Below are positions 8,260 to 16,847 of a stretch of DNA of 43,096 bases, piece after piece. Position 1 is the stretch's first letter. Each line of letters begins with the position of its first letter. The position numbers and the translations under genes are program-made. Source of the stretch: Escherichia phage SonjaBuckley_Bas74; the sequence record PQ850627.1, one strand, 5' to 3'. A model generated the notes under the pieces. It searched no databases and was not told the origin of the DNA. It was given only the letters and a program-made list of their open reading frames with translations.

Positions 8260-8439
8260 ATGGCAGATAATTATGTAATCCGCGAAAAGTACACCCACGT
8301 TGATATTTTAGACGGTCAGGTGATGCCTGTTCGCGGTGTGGTAGAAGCGGATGAACTGGTTGCGACTCAACCGGACAACGAAGAAGCGCACAACAACGGC
8401 GGTGGTACTAAGCGTCGCCGCCGTAAGTCAGAGGAATAA
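8260..8439 (+). CDS. hypothetical protein (59 aa, missed by 60-aa ORF cutoff)
   Basis: ATG at 8260 with AAGGAAAGG SD; uninterrupted frame to TAA at 8437-8439; C-terminal basic tail KRRRRK. Confidence 0.45.
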   Translation: MADNYVIREKYTHVDILDGQVMPVRGVVEADELVATQPDNEEAHNNGGGTKRRRRKSEE

Positions 8440-8442
8440 TTT

Positions 8443-8955
8443 ATGCCGCTAATCGTGGAAGATGGGTCAATAGTACCTAATGCTGACAGTTACATTAGTC
8501 TGGCTGACGCCCGCGCGTTAGCGGCTAATTATGGTCTGGAGCTACCTGCAGACGATACCGCCGCAGAGGTGGCCCTGCGCAACGGTGCTACTTATGTCGG
8601 GCTTGCAGAGCCGCGGATGTGCGGTCGTCGGGTGTCCGCCGAACAGTCTCTGGCGTATCCCCGTACCGGGGTAACGTTAAACGGATTCCCGGTAGCGGAT
8701 AATGTTATTCCGAAACAGGTGATTCTTGCGCAGGTAGTCGCCGCCGTTACGTACGGCTCCGGTACTGAGGTGCGGGCTAACTCGGACGGTCGTTCCGTGC
8801 AGACTGAGCGCGTAGAAGGCGCAGTGACCGTGACCTACTTCAACAACGGCAGCAGTGGCGCCACAACCGCGATTACCGCTGCGGACGACGCCTTACGCCC
8901 GTTACTGTGTGGTGGTCTTAACAACGGCTTCTCATTTAATGTGTACCGGGGTTAA
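8443..8955 (+). CDS. head-tail connector / head completion protein (putative)
   Basis: 170 aa ORF in the connector region between capsid and tail genes; call is positional only. Confidence 0.4.
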   Translation: MPLIVEDGSIVPNADSYISLADARALAANYGLELPADDTAAEVALRNGATYVGLAEPRMCGRRVSAEQSLAYPRTGVTLNGFPVADNVIPKQVILAQVVAAVTYGSGTEVRANSDGRSVQTERVEGAVTVTYFNNGSSGATTAITAADDALRPLLCGGLNNGFSFNVYRG

Positions 8956-8957
8956 AA

Positions 8958-9572
8958 ATGGCGAAGACTAAATCAGAGATGTTTACTCTTATCGGCGCAA
9001 ACCTCCCCGATAACACTACCGGGCTTATTACCCCAGCAGCGTTGCGCGAGGTAATGACACAGATGGCTGACTCACCTATTTACGCCACTCCAGGTGTTAA
9101 AGAGGTTGAAGTTCTCCGTGCCGCGTCTACGGTAACCCAAGCGCCTACCGCGGTAGATACGGCATTGCAGTTAACTTTCGGTGCAGCTCAGGGTAGTGCA
9201 TCCGACCCGGTAATGATTAATGCTGCGGGGCTGGTTACATTCAACACCGCCGGTAACTACGCCGTTCGCATCAAGTTACAGGCAGGCCGCACAGGTGCCA
9301 GCGGAACGTCTATCCTGTTATCGCGCATTCTTCTTAACGGAGCTCAATACGGCTCACCAGCTGCCACGAAACTGGTAAGCGCCGATGTAACAATCCCGAT
9401 TGAATCCCGCGTCGTTATTAACCCAGCCGCAGGCCAGACGTTTGCCGTTCAGATTATGCGGGATAGCGTCGGAACTAACTTCGGTGGTGTATACCCGCAA
9501 GTAGCTACCGTAACCGCATGGGGTACAGCACCGTCAGCGTTACTGGTTATTTCGGGACTGGAGGCTGCGTAA
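8958..9572 (+). CDS. structural protein, unknown role
   Basis: 204 aa ORF tightly packed after 8443-8955 in structural block. Confidence 0.4.
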   Translation: MAKTKSEMFTLIGANLPDNTTGLITPAALREVMTQMADSPIYATPGVKEVEVLRAASTVTQAPTAVDTALQLTFGAAQGSASDPVMINAAGLVTFNTAGNYAVRIKLQAGRTGASGTSILLSRILLNGAQYGSPAATKLVSADVTIPIESRVVINPAAGQTFAVQIMRDSVGTNFGGVYPQVATVTAWGTAPSALLVISGLEAA

Positions 9573-9681
9573 TGGAGGTTAAAAAACGCCTAGTAATAAA
9601 ACGTAGTTACGGTTATAAGAAGCGGTTGTCTGATGCAAGTAAGGAATTAGCCAACATTCTTTCGACCAAGAGAGGGTTAGA

Positions 9682-10041
9682 ATGAGCACCGCTTTCAGTA
9701 AACGTATGCAAGGCGTAGGCACACGCCTGCTAACCAAGTTCGGCAGCACGGTATCTCTCGTCCGCGCTGGCTCGAAAGTGTGGGATGAAGTTCTCGGTGA
9801 ATACGTCTGGTCTGCGGATGAAGTGTTGCCGTTGAAGGCTGTTCCGGTTCCGGTAAACGCGGGACTGGTAAACGGTACGACGATTCAGGCTGGCGACATG
9901 ATTGTTAAAGCGGATTGCAGCGTCGTTCCGAAGATGGAAGACAAAGTGCAATTCGGTGGCGAGCAGTGGTCTGTCGTAGCCATTGAGAAGAAGATGGTTA
10001 ACGATGATGTCGTGGCATACTTTATTCAGGTGAGAAAATGA
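9682..10041 (+). CDS. head-tail joining protein (putative)
   Basis: 119 aa ORF with GAGGG SD; stop overlaps next start (ATGA); positional call. Confidence 0.4.
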   Translation: MSTAFSKRMQGVGTRLLTKFGSTVSLVRAGSKVWDEVLGEYVWSADEVLPLKAVPVPVNAGLVNGTTIQAGDMIVKADCSVVPKMEDKVQFGGEQWSVVAIEKKMVNDDVVAYFIQVRK

Positions 10042-10433
10042 GTTTCGCGCTTGATGTCTCTAAGTTCGTGGAAAAGGCGAAGAAGAACCCCGAGAAGGTG
10101 ATGCGTCAGGTGTCTATCAAGCTGTTTTCCGCTATTATAAAGGCGAGTCCGGTAGATACAGGCCGGTTCCGAATGAACTGGATGGCATCTGGTGGTACTC
10201 CTGCTTCCGGGATTACGGATGCTACGGATAAATCAGGAAACACAGCAACCGGAAACGCTACAAGTTTCGTGCTGAAAGCCACCGACTGGCATGAGTTCAC
10301 GCTGACAAATAACCTGCCGTATGCACAACGGCTGGAGTATGGCTGGTCGCAACAGGCCCCGCAAGGATTCGTCAGGACTAACGTGTCCCGCTTCCAGCAA
10401 CTCATTAACGAAGAAGCTAGCAAGGTGAGATGA
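10038..10433 (+). CDS. neck / tail completion protein (putative)
   Basis: 131 aa; translationally coupled to flanking genes; positional call. Confidence 0.4.
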   Translation: MSFALDVSKFVEKAKKNPEKVMRQVSIKLFSAIIKASPVDTGRFRMNWMASGGTPASGITDATDKSGNTATGNATSFVLKATDWHEFTLTNNLPYAQRLEYGWSQQAPQGFVRTNVSRFQQLINEEASKVR

Positions 10434-10846
10434 TGGGCTACTTTGAGGACTTAACAAAAGCGTTTGATGTGCCGCTGGTAGCCTTCGGAACCACCAACGG
10501 CATCAAGGTAGCGCTTGAAAACATCGACGCGCCGACGTCAACAGATACGCCGTATCTGGCAAGTTACATGTTGCTGGCGGATACCGAGCAGGCTGACTTA
10601 TTCTTCACGGAACAACGCGCCGGTGTCTATCAGATAGACATTAACTACGCATCGGTGAAAGGTAGCGCGCCAATCAATAAAATGGCAGACTTACTTAACA
10701 CGGCGTTTAAAGCAGGTAAGTCATTTTCGCGTAACGACATCTGCGCCGAGGTTCAATCGGTTAGCCTGGGGCCGCTGATTGTAGAAAACGGATGGGCCAA
10801 ACGGCCATTGTCAATTAACTTTATAGCATTCACCAAGAGGCTGTGA
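10430..10846 (+). CDS. tail terminator / tail completion protein (putative)
   Basis: 138 aa; immediately upstream of major tail gene; positional call. Confidence 0.4.
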   Translation: MMGYFEDLTKAFDVPLVAFGTTNGIKVALENIDAPTSTDTPYLASYMLLADTEQADLFFTEQRAGVYQIDINYASVKGSAPINKMADLLNTAFKAGKSFSRNDICAEVQSVSLGPLIVENGWAKRPLSINFIAFTKRL

Positions 10847-10848
10847 AT

Positions 10849-12015
10849 ATGGCTACAACTCCTTTTAAGGGCGCGAATACCGCGCAATTCTATGTGGCGG
10901 AAGTGACCCCGGGTGTAACACCGACTAACCCGGTCTGGTCACCATTACGTAACACGGGCGGTGTTCCTGCCATTACCCGTGACACACTGACCTCCAACGA
11001 ACTCGACGGCAGCCGTGAAACTACATCCATCCGCACCGGTAACAAACAGGTTAGCGGTGAATACGCAATTGAGCTTAGCTCTAAAAGCCAGGATGACTGG
11101 CTAGCCGGGGCTTTAGGCTCTACGTGGCAGGCTGGCGTATCTCTGTCAGGGCTATCGATTACCGTCGCACCGGCTGGCAAGACGTTCACACGTGCCACCG
11201 GCAGCTTTATCACTGACGGAGTTGGGGTAGGCGACCTGATTGCGTTTACCGATTTAACTGGCGATAATGCAAAACCATTTATTGTTACTGCAGTAACGGC
11301 TACGGTTGTTACTGGTGCAGGCATCCAACACACCCTGACCACCGAGACAAAAACTAGTAAGGCTAAAACTGGCGACACGCTGGAAACCGGTAATACGTGT
11401 AAGACGTTCTCTATCCTTACCTGGTACAAAGGCCAGTGCGGCGGTACTGACGCGTACACGTTAACCAAAGGCGTGGAAGTTTCTGGTTTTACCATCGAAC
11501 AGGCTGTTAACGCGATGGTAACTGGCAGCTTCCCATTCATCGGTCGCAGTCAGGAGATTCTCACCACGCCGCCGACCGGTTCCAACTTCTCATCTGTTAC
11601 TTTTGGTGATGAGCCGTTTTCTTCGGTTGACGTTTCCGTGTTCGATGGCTCCACGCCGTTGCGTTGCGACAGCCTGACCATCACCAACGACAACAGCGCA
11701 TCCGCGCAGTTCGAACTCGGCAACACTAACGTAGCGTTTGTAGAACGTAGCCGCGCGGCTAACACCTTCTCCATCTCCGGCAAGCTGTATGACATGGCGA
11801 TGATTCAGAAGTTTATCAACGAGCAGCAGGTAGAGATTAACTCTATTCTGGCGGGGGTAAACGGGGCTATGTCTTTCAGTTTGAAACGTGCGGAGCTTAC
11901 GGCAGTTACCCCAGAGATTGGCGGACCTGAGTCAATCACTCAGTCCATTGAAGGCCAGGCTACTGGCAACCAGTACCAGTCGTCTATTGTTATTCAGCGT
12001 ATCACCTACGCATAA
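10849..12015 (+). CDS. major tail protein (putative)
   Basis: ATG at 10849 with AAGAGG SD (ORF track GTG start at 10843); 388 aa; followed by bidirectional terminator; position before chaperone and tape measure. Confidence 0.5.
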   Translation: MATTPFKGANTAQFYVAEVTPGVTPTNPVWSPLRNTGGVPAITRDTLTSNELDGSRETTSIRTGNKQVSGEYAIELSSKSQDDWLAGALGSTWQAGVSLSGLSITVAPAGKTFTRATGSFITDGVGVGDLIAFTDLTGDNAKPFIVTAVTATVVTGAGIQHTLTTETKTSKAKTGDTLETGNTCKTFSILTWYKGQCGGTDAYTLTKGVEVSGFTIEQAVNAMVTGSFPFIGRSQEILTTPPTGSNFSSVTFGDEPFSSVDVSVFDGSTPLRCDSLTITNDNSASAQFELGNTNVAFVERSRAANTFSISGKLYDMAMIQKFINEQQVEINSILAGVNGAMSFSLKRAELTAVTPEIGGPESITQSIEGQATGNQYQSSIVIQRITYA

Positions 12016-12019
12016 AACT

Positions 12020-12045
12020 AAGGCCCCGAAAGGGGCCTTTTTTAT
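12020..12045. terminator. bidirectional intrinsic terminator
   Basis: AAGGCCCC-GAAA-GGGGCCTT followed by TTTTTT; between convergent major tail gene and moron operon. Confidence 0.7.
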
Positions 12046-12275
12046 TACTCATCAATGTTACTCCTGTACTCCCGTAACTTTTCCAGACTTTCAATTGCTT
12101 CCGCTAAGTCGGTTCCGGTGTCCTTGTGTCCACGTAAACCCATGCACAATAGCTTCTTCAATGCGTGCTGTAACGCCGGGTCGCGGATGTCGAAAGCGCG
12201 GAGCACATCATAAACGTCTACTGTCATAGTGCTGCCGTGAGTATTTGTCATTGTGCGGTTGTATTTTGAAGTCAT
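12045..12275 (-). CDS. hypothetical protein (moron operon, 76 aa)
   Basis: Start overlaps stop of upstream gene (ATGA); ends at bidirectional terminator. Confidence 0.5.
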   Translation of the reverse strand: MTSKYNRTMTNTHGSTMTVDVYDVLRAFDIRDPALQHALKKLLCMGLRGHKDTGTDLAEAIESLEKLREYRSNIDE

Positions 12276-13402
12276 CCCAGCATCTCCGGTGAAATAGTTA
12301 AACGTGCGACCTCGCCATATTCGGCGCTATAAGTAATTACGTTTGCGCTACGCCCAGACATCCATCCGCCGCGCGAGGCGTAGGCGTCTTTCGCCGCTAA
12401 GGTGCGGTGTTGCTCAACAATCATGTTACGGCTTTCTACAATCTTCTGGTGGTGCAGATGGCCTACGTGGGCGTAGCTGTAAACACTCTCGCCGAACGCT
12501 TTACGGAACTTGGCAATCATAACCGGTTCGATAGCGTCGAATCGTGCTTTATGCCCGTGATGGAAGAACAGCGTCGTTTTGCCGTGTTGCACCATCTTAT
12601 AAACATCCGGCGACGTATCGACGAATACACGAGGCTCGTTGTCGTACAGTGTGCTGAACATCTCCGCCAGCCAAATCATTCCGCTTTCGTCGTGGTTCCC
12701 TTGCACTATAAGCAAGCGAACATTTTTATGCTTAACCAGTGCCATATCTACAACACGGCGCACCATACGAATCATGTAGCGAACAAGTTTTTGGTAGCGA
12801 GTGTCCGCGTCAAGGGCGTGACCGCTTGCTGGCGTAACGGCAACCAGACTATCGAAGTGCGCGAAGTCACCTAACAGGTTAATAACTCCAGTTCCTGCAT
12901 CCGGTGCTTTCTGAAACGCCGCGTCGAACCAGCGGGAGAACAGGTCTTCCGCAATCTTCATGTCCCAGTCGTCGCCGCTCTCGTCGGCCCAGGCCAGCAT
13001 ACCGAGATGAAAATCAGATACCGTGTAAAGATTGAGTAGCTTGCCGTCGCGTTTGGCGCGTGCTGCTTTAACAGGGGCGACTGGTGTAATCTCTGATTTC
13101 ATTCCTTCGATTACGGCTTTCATCAACTCGACCTGACGTTCGGCATCGGTGTCTGTCTTAACCCATTGCAACTTAGTGTTGCCGAACTCGTCCACAAGTG
13201 ACGACGTTCCTTTAATCTTGTAGCCATCTGGCACAAGGTGACTAACGTCACGTCCGTGGCCTACGCCTTTCTTAGCCAGCTTCGCTTTACGGATACGAAT
13301 AACGCGGTCTGAGATGCCGTATTTACGGGCGATGTCTACATTCTTCATCCCGGCGTTCAATTCTTCCTGTAACTGTTCGTCGGTTATTTTCTTCTGGGCC
13401 AT
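12272..13402 (-). CDS. metallophosphoesterase (calcineurin/Mre11-SbcD-like) with N-terminal HTH
   Basis: Motifs SDFHLG, LLGDFAHFD, VQGNHDE, FFHHGHKA, VGHLHH match the phosphoesterase motif series; N-terminal KNVDIARKYGISDRVIRIRKAKL is HTH-like; GAGGAAG SD. Confidence 0.65.
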   Translation of the reverse strand: MAQKKITDEQLQEELNAGMKNVDIARKYGISDRVIRIRKAKLAKKGVGHGRDVSHLVPDGYKIKGTSSLVDEFGNTKLQWVKTDTDAERQVELMKAVIEGMKSEITPVAPVKAARAKRDGKLLNLYTVSDFHLGMLAWADESGDDWDMKIAEDLFSRWFDAAFQKAPDAGTGVINLLGDFAHFDSLVAVTPASGHALDADTRYQKLVRYMIRMVRRVVDMALVKHKNVRLLIVQGNHDESGMIWLAEMFSTLYDNEPRVFVDTSPDVYKMVQHGKTTLFFHHGHKARFDAIEPVMIAKFRKAFGESVYSYAHVGHLHHQKIVESRNMIVEQHRTLAAKDAYASRGGWMSGRSANVITYSAEYGEVARLTISPEMLG

Positions 13403-13441
13403 GCTTTACTTCCTCGTGTTTAGGATTTGTCCTATACTAGC

Positions 13442-13633
13442 TCACTTCTCGTTAACATTCGAGTTGCAGGCCCAGATTAAAATAAATACCCACGGCAGCA
13501 GAACCCAACCAAGAAACAGATTAGCCATGAATATCGCTAATTTCGCTTTATGGTTGCGGAAGTATGCAACCAAGAAAGGTGCGAAATAGGCGAGCAGTGC
13601 AAACAGAATTAAGGAAACTGGTAAACTTGACAT
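13442..13633 (-). CDS. superinfection immunity-like small membrane protein
   Basis: Likely start at second ATG (AAGGGG SD); sequence YFAPFLVAYFRNHKAKLAIFMANLFLGWVLLPWVFILIWA resembles the Imm superinfection-immunity family pattern; two predicted TMDs. Confidence 0.55.
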   Translation of the reverse strand: MSSLPVSLILFALLAYFAPFLVAYFRNHKAKLAIFMANLFLGWVLLPWVFILIWACNSNVNEK

Positions 13634-13663
13634 TTTAAACCCCTTCATTGTTGGTGTAAGCGA

Positions 13664-13692
13664 ATAGTACCCTATTATATTGGGGTGTGCAA
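13664..13692 (-). promoter_or_regulatory. sigma70-type promoter TTGCAC-N17-TACTAT for Imm-phosphoesterase moron operon
   Basis: Identical 31-bp sequence to 5137-5167; located 16 nt upstream of ORF start at 13648. Confidence 0.55.
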
Positions 13693-13799
13693 GTAATGTG
13701 ATAGAATAATTTTGCGCCTAGTGTCGCACACGAAAAGCGGGTGGTTCCCGTCTGGCGCGTCAATCTTAACCTGTAACCTCTTAACCAAAGGATTAAAGA

Positions 13800-14216
13800 A
13801 TGAAACTTTCTGATTTTTATTTCGAAGAGAAAGCGCTGGTAGGCAAGAAGATGCCGATTCTCCTGCCGAATGGCGAAGACTCCGGTGAGTGGCTTAACGT
13901 TGTAAGCCCGGATGCGGATGCCGCCGTTAAAGCGGGGCGTGCTTTCATTATCGCGTACCGTCGCGGACTGGCGCGTTTCGAAGAACTGGAAAAAGCTGCC
14001 AAAGAATCCGGCGACTATACTGAATATAACCTGGCGGTTAACGAACTGGCCGAAGACCTCAACCGGCAACTTGCAGCAGAAGTAGTAAACGGCTGGAGCT
14101 TTGACGAGCCTTTCTCTAAGGAAGCGTTTAGTAAATTGCTCGACCAGTTCAAGGCATTAGGCACACAAGTAGCGGCGTTCCATAACGCCGAGCGCAAAGC
14201 ATTACAGGAAAAGTAG
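13800..14216 (+). CDS. tail assembly chaperone (gpG-like)
   Basis: 138 aa acidic ORF directly upstream of tape measure; -1 frame is open across its 3' end. Confidence 0.55.
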   Translation: MKLSDFYFEEKALVGKKMPILLPNGEDSGEWLNVVSPDADAAVKAGRAFIIAYRRGLARFEELEKAAKESGDYTEYNLAVNELAEDLNRQLAAEVVNGWSFDEPFSKEAFSKLLDQFKALGTQVAAFHNAERKALQEK

Positions 14217-14581
14217 ACGCGCTGTACAGGTTCGCCACCTACGAGTTCGTCGATAAGCATAAAATCAGAGAGTTTGATTCTATAGCTGACGGACACGAAC
14301 AGGCGCTTATCGCGATGGGTGTAATCGATAAGAAAAAACGTGCAGCGCGACGGGGTGGGCCAGAATGCCCGCCCCTTTTTATATCCACCTTTGAGACGTA
14401 TTGCGACATTAAGTTTACGCGACACGTGCGCGAGGACGCTGTAGTATTGTTTGCAAGAGAATCCGTTACGTGGCAAGACCTGAAAGCCTATCTCGATGTT
14501 ACGCAAAAACAGCTTAGCCTGTTCGAGATAGACATTATCATGGGCTTAGAAGCAATCTTTGAAGGTAGAAATCATGGCTGA
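14186..14581 (+). CDS. tail assembly chaperone -1 frameshift extension (gpGT-like, putative)
   Basis: -1 frame open from 14186 to 14581, overlapping the last 10 codons of the chaperone; GGAAAAG immediately before the TAG stop; ends just inside tape measure start. Confidence 0.4.
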   Translation, partial: RRAQSITGKVDALYRFATYEFVDKHKIREFDSIADGHEQALIAMGVIDKKKRAARRGGPECPPLFISTFETYCDIKFTRHVREDAVVLFARESVTWQDLKAYLDVTQKQLSLFEIDIIMGLEAIFEGRNHG

Positions 14582-16847
14582 TACCGCTAGCTTGATAGTA
14601 CGAGTATCATCGACCGGCGTCGATAAAACCACATCACAACTGAATGGTCTAACCAAAGCCGCGGGGGCTGCTGCCGCTGCTGTTGTTAGCCTGGAAACCG
14701 CTAAGCAGGTGTTCAGTGCGCTGGTGGCCTCTCAGCGCAACTTCGATAAGCTGAACTCAGGCCTCATCACAATGACCGGGAGTGCTGAGAACGCGGCTAA
14801 GGCTTTCAGCGTCCTGCAACAGTTCGCAAAAGAAACCCCGTATGGTCTTAACCAGGCGGTGGAAGGCTTTACTAAACTTGTAGCCCTCGGCCTGAACCCC
14901 AGCAAAGAAGCGTTAATCTCCTACGGCAACACCGCCGCTGCGATGGGTAAAGACCTTAATCAGATGATTGAGGCTGTGGCGGACGCCAGTACCTTTGAGT
15001 TTGAGCGCTTAAAAGAGTTCGGTATCAAGTCCTCCCAACAGGCGGATACAGTTTCGTTTACGTTCCGCGGCGTAACGACCACGGTTAAAAAGAACTCCGA
15101 AGAGATTCAGAAATACCTTCTGAGCATCGGCAACACCGATTTCGCCGGGGCGATGGAGACGCGCTCGAAGACCTTAGACGGTCAGTTGTCTAGCCTCGCC
15201 GACTCCTTCGATGGTCTTGTACTTGCGGTGGCGCAGTCTGGTTTTGGAGACGCGGTAGGTGAACAAGCGGCAACAGCGGAAGATGCTATTACTGCACTCA
15301 CCGACGCTATCGCGTCTAATGAGATAGCCGCCACGCTCCAGGATTGGGTGACACTGTTCAATGAGTCGTTCAAGTTTATTTCTGATGCCCTGAATGACCT
15401 GGCATTTGACACCGAGGACAAATCCGCTGATATGTCCGACTCGCTGGGCACTATACCAGACGCTATCCGTGAGTGGCTGCCTGACATTCAGCAGACGTTC
15501 CACGAGGTTATTGCATGGTTCCAGCGCATTGACGATTACGCCGTAGCGTTAGGTCAGACCCTTGCCGACGTGTTTGACCCGAGCAAAACGGCAGCGCTCA
15601 CATTTAAAAACCTGACCGCAGAGGCCGACGCCGCATACGCCGCCAGTATAAAACGTGCGGAGGCTGAATCGCAGGCCATTACAGACAGGTCTAAGCAGCG
15701 TAAGAAAGAAATTGAGGAACAGCGCAAGCAGTACGACGAGCGCAAGAAGCAAGAAATTGACTTAGCCAGCCTTGTTAATAAAAAGGGTGGAACTGGTGGC
15801 ACCGGAAACGCTGACGATAAAGCGACAAAAGCGGCTGCCAAGAAAGCAGAACAATTGCGGAATCAGGCGCAAGATTACCTCGACACTTTGGCCCGCCAGA
15901 ACAACGATGAGTTAAAGGCTATCGACGCGCAGGAACAGCAGAAACTGGCTAAGGCAAAAGAGTTCTACAGCCAGGGCGCGCTGTCGCTGAAAGAATACGA
16001 GCAAGCAAAAACGGCTATTGTCCTTGAAGCAGGGCAAAAACGCCAAGATGAACTGGATAAACGTCAGAAAGAAGCCCTGGAAAAGCAGCAGAAAGGTGAC
16101 GACTTCATGTCTCAGATTATGGGCCAGAACGCCACTGAGCTTGAGCTTCTCGATATCCAGGAACAGCAGAAACTGGCTGTCGCAGATAAGTACCGCGAAC
16201 AGGGTCTGATTAGCGAGAAGCAGTACCAGGCCGCGCTTAACGCCATCAACGAGCAGTACGCCACGAAACGCGCCGACGCAACGGCAACCGCCTTTGGTAA
16301 CATGGCCTCAAACATCGGTTCGGCTTTGGGCGAGGCTTCTGGCGCGTATAAGGCATTCGCTATCGTACAGGCCACTATAGCCACATACACCGCAGCTATT
16401 GAGGCGTACAAGTCCACGGCTGCTATCCCTGTAGTTGGCCCGTTCCTGGCCCCTGTAGCCGCTGCCGCAGCCGTTGGGGCGGGTATGGCGCAGATTTCCG
16501 CTATCAGGTCCGCGCGTGAACAGGGCGGTCAGTTATCCGCGGGGCAGGCTTCTACTATCGCCGAACGCGGTAAACCTGAGGTAATTATGCCGGCGGGGGC
16601 GTCGCGAGTACGCACCGCGCAACAAATGAAAGAGATTATGGGCCAAAACGGGTCTTCTTCCGGCCCATCTAATGTTACTATCGTAAACAACACGAGTTCG
16701 CAAATCGGCAACGTATCTACTGAACAGGATGATGAAGGGCGTCTGCGCATCATCATCGAGGAGCAGGTAGCTGCCTCTTTGCAGAACAGTAATAGTAAGA
16801 TTAGCAAGGCCCGCAAGGCCACAAGAAACGCGCCGGGGTTTAAATAA
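14559..16847 (+). CDS. tail tape measure protein
   Basis: 762 aa, largest ORF in tail block; alanine- and coiled-coil-rich; glycine/alanine-rich hydrophobic C-terminal segment; alternative ATG at 14574 with AAGGTAG SD. Confidence 0.8.
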   Translation: MKVEIMADTASLIVRVSSTGVDKTTSQLNGLTKAAGAAAAAVVSLETAKQVFSALVASQRNFDKLNSGLITMTGSAENAAKAFSVLQQFAKETPYGLNQAVEGFTKLVALGLNPSKEALISYGNTAAAMGKDLNQMIEAVADASTFEFERLKEFGIKSSQQADTVSFTFRGVTTTVKKNSEEIQKYLLSIGNTDFAGAMETRSKTLDGQLSSLADSFDGLVLAVAQSGFGDAVGEQAATAEDAITALTDAIASNEIAATLQDWVTLFNESFKFISDALNDLAFDTEDKSADMSDSLGTIPDAIREWLPDIQQTFHEVIAWFQRIDDYAVALGQTLADVFDPSKTAALTFKNLTAEADAAYAASIKRAEAESQAITDRSKQRKKEIEEQRKQYDERKKQEIDLASLVNKKGGTGGTGNADDKATKAAAKKAEQLRNQAQDYLDTLARQNNDELKAIDAQEQQKLAKAKEFYSQGALSLKEYEQAKTAIVLEAGQKRQDELDKRQKEALEKQQKGDDFMSQIMGQNATELELLDIQEQQKLAVADKYREQGLISEKQYQAALNAINEQYATKRADATATAFGNMASNIGSALGEASGAYKAFAIVQATIATYTAAIEAYKSTAAIPVVGPFLAPVAAAAAVGAGMAQISAIRSAREQGGQLSAGQASTIAERGKPEVIMPAGASRVRTAQQMKEIMGQNGSSSGPSNVTIVNNTSSQIGNVSTEQDDEGRLRIIIEEQVAASLQNSNSKISKARKATRNAPGFK

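Noticed and set aside
9574-9687. 37-codon ORF between 8958-9572 and 9682-10041
   Set aside because: No SD; it overlaps the strong GAGGG SD of the downstream gene; probably intergenic.
10890-11540. 216-aa minus-strand ORF antisense to the major tail gene
   Set aside because: Embedded in a well-supported plus-strand structural gene with no expression signals.
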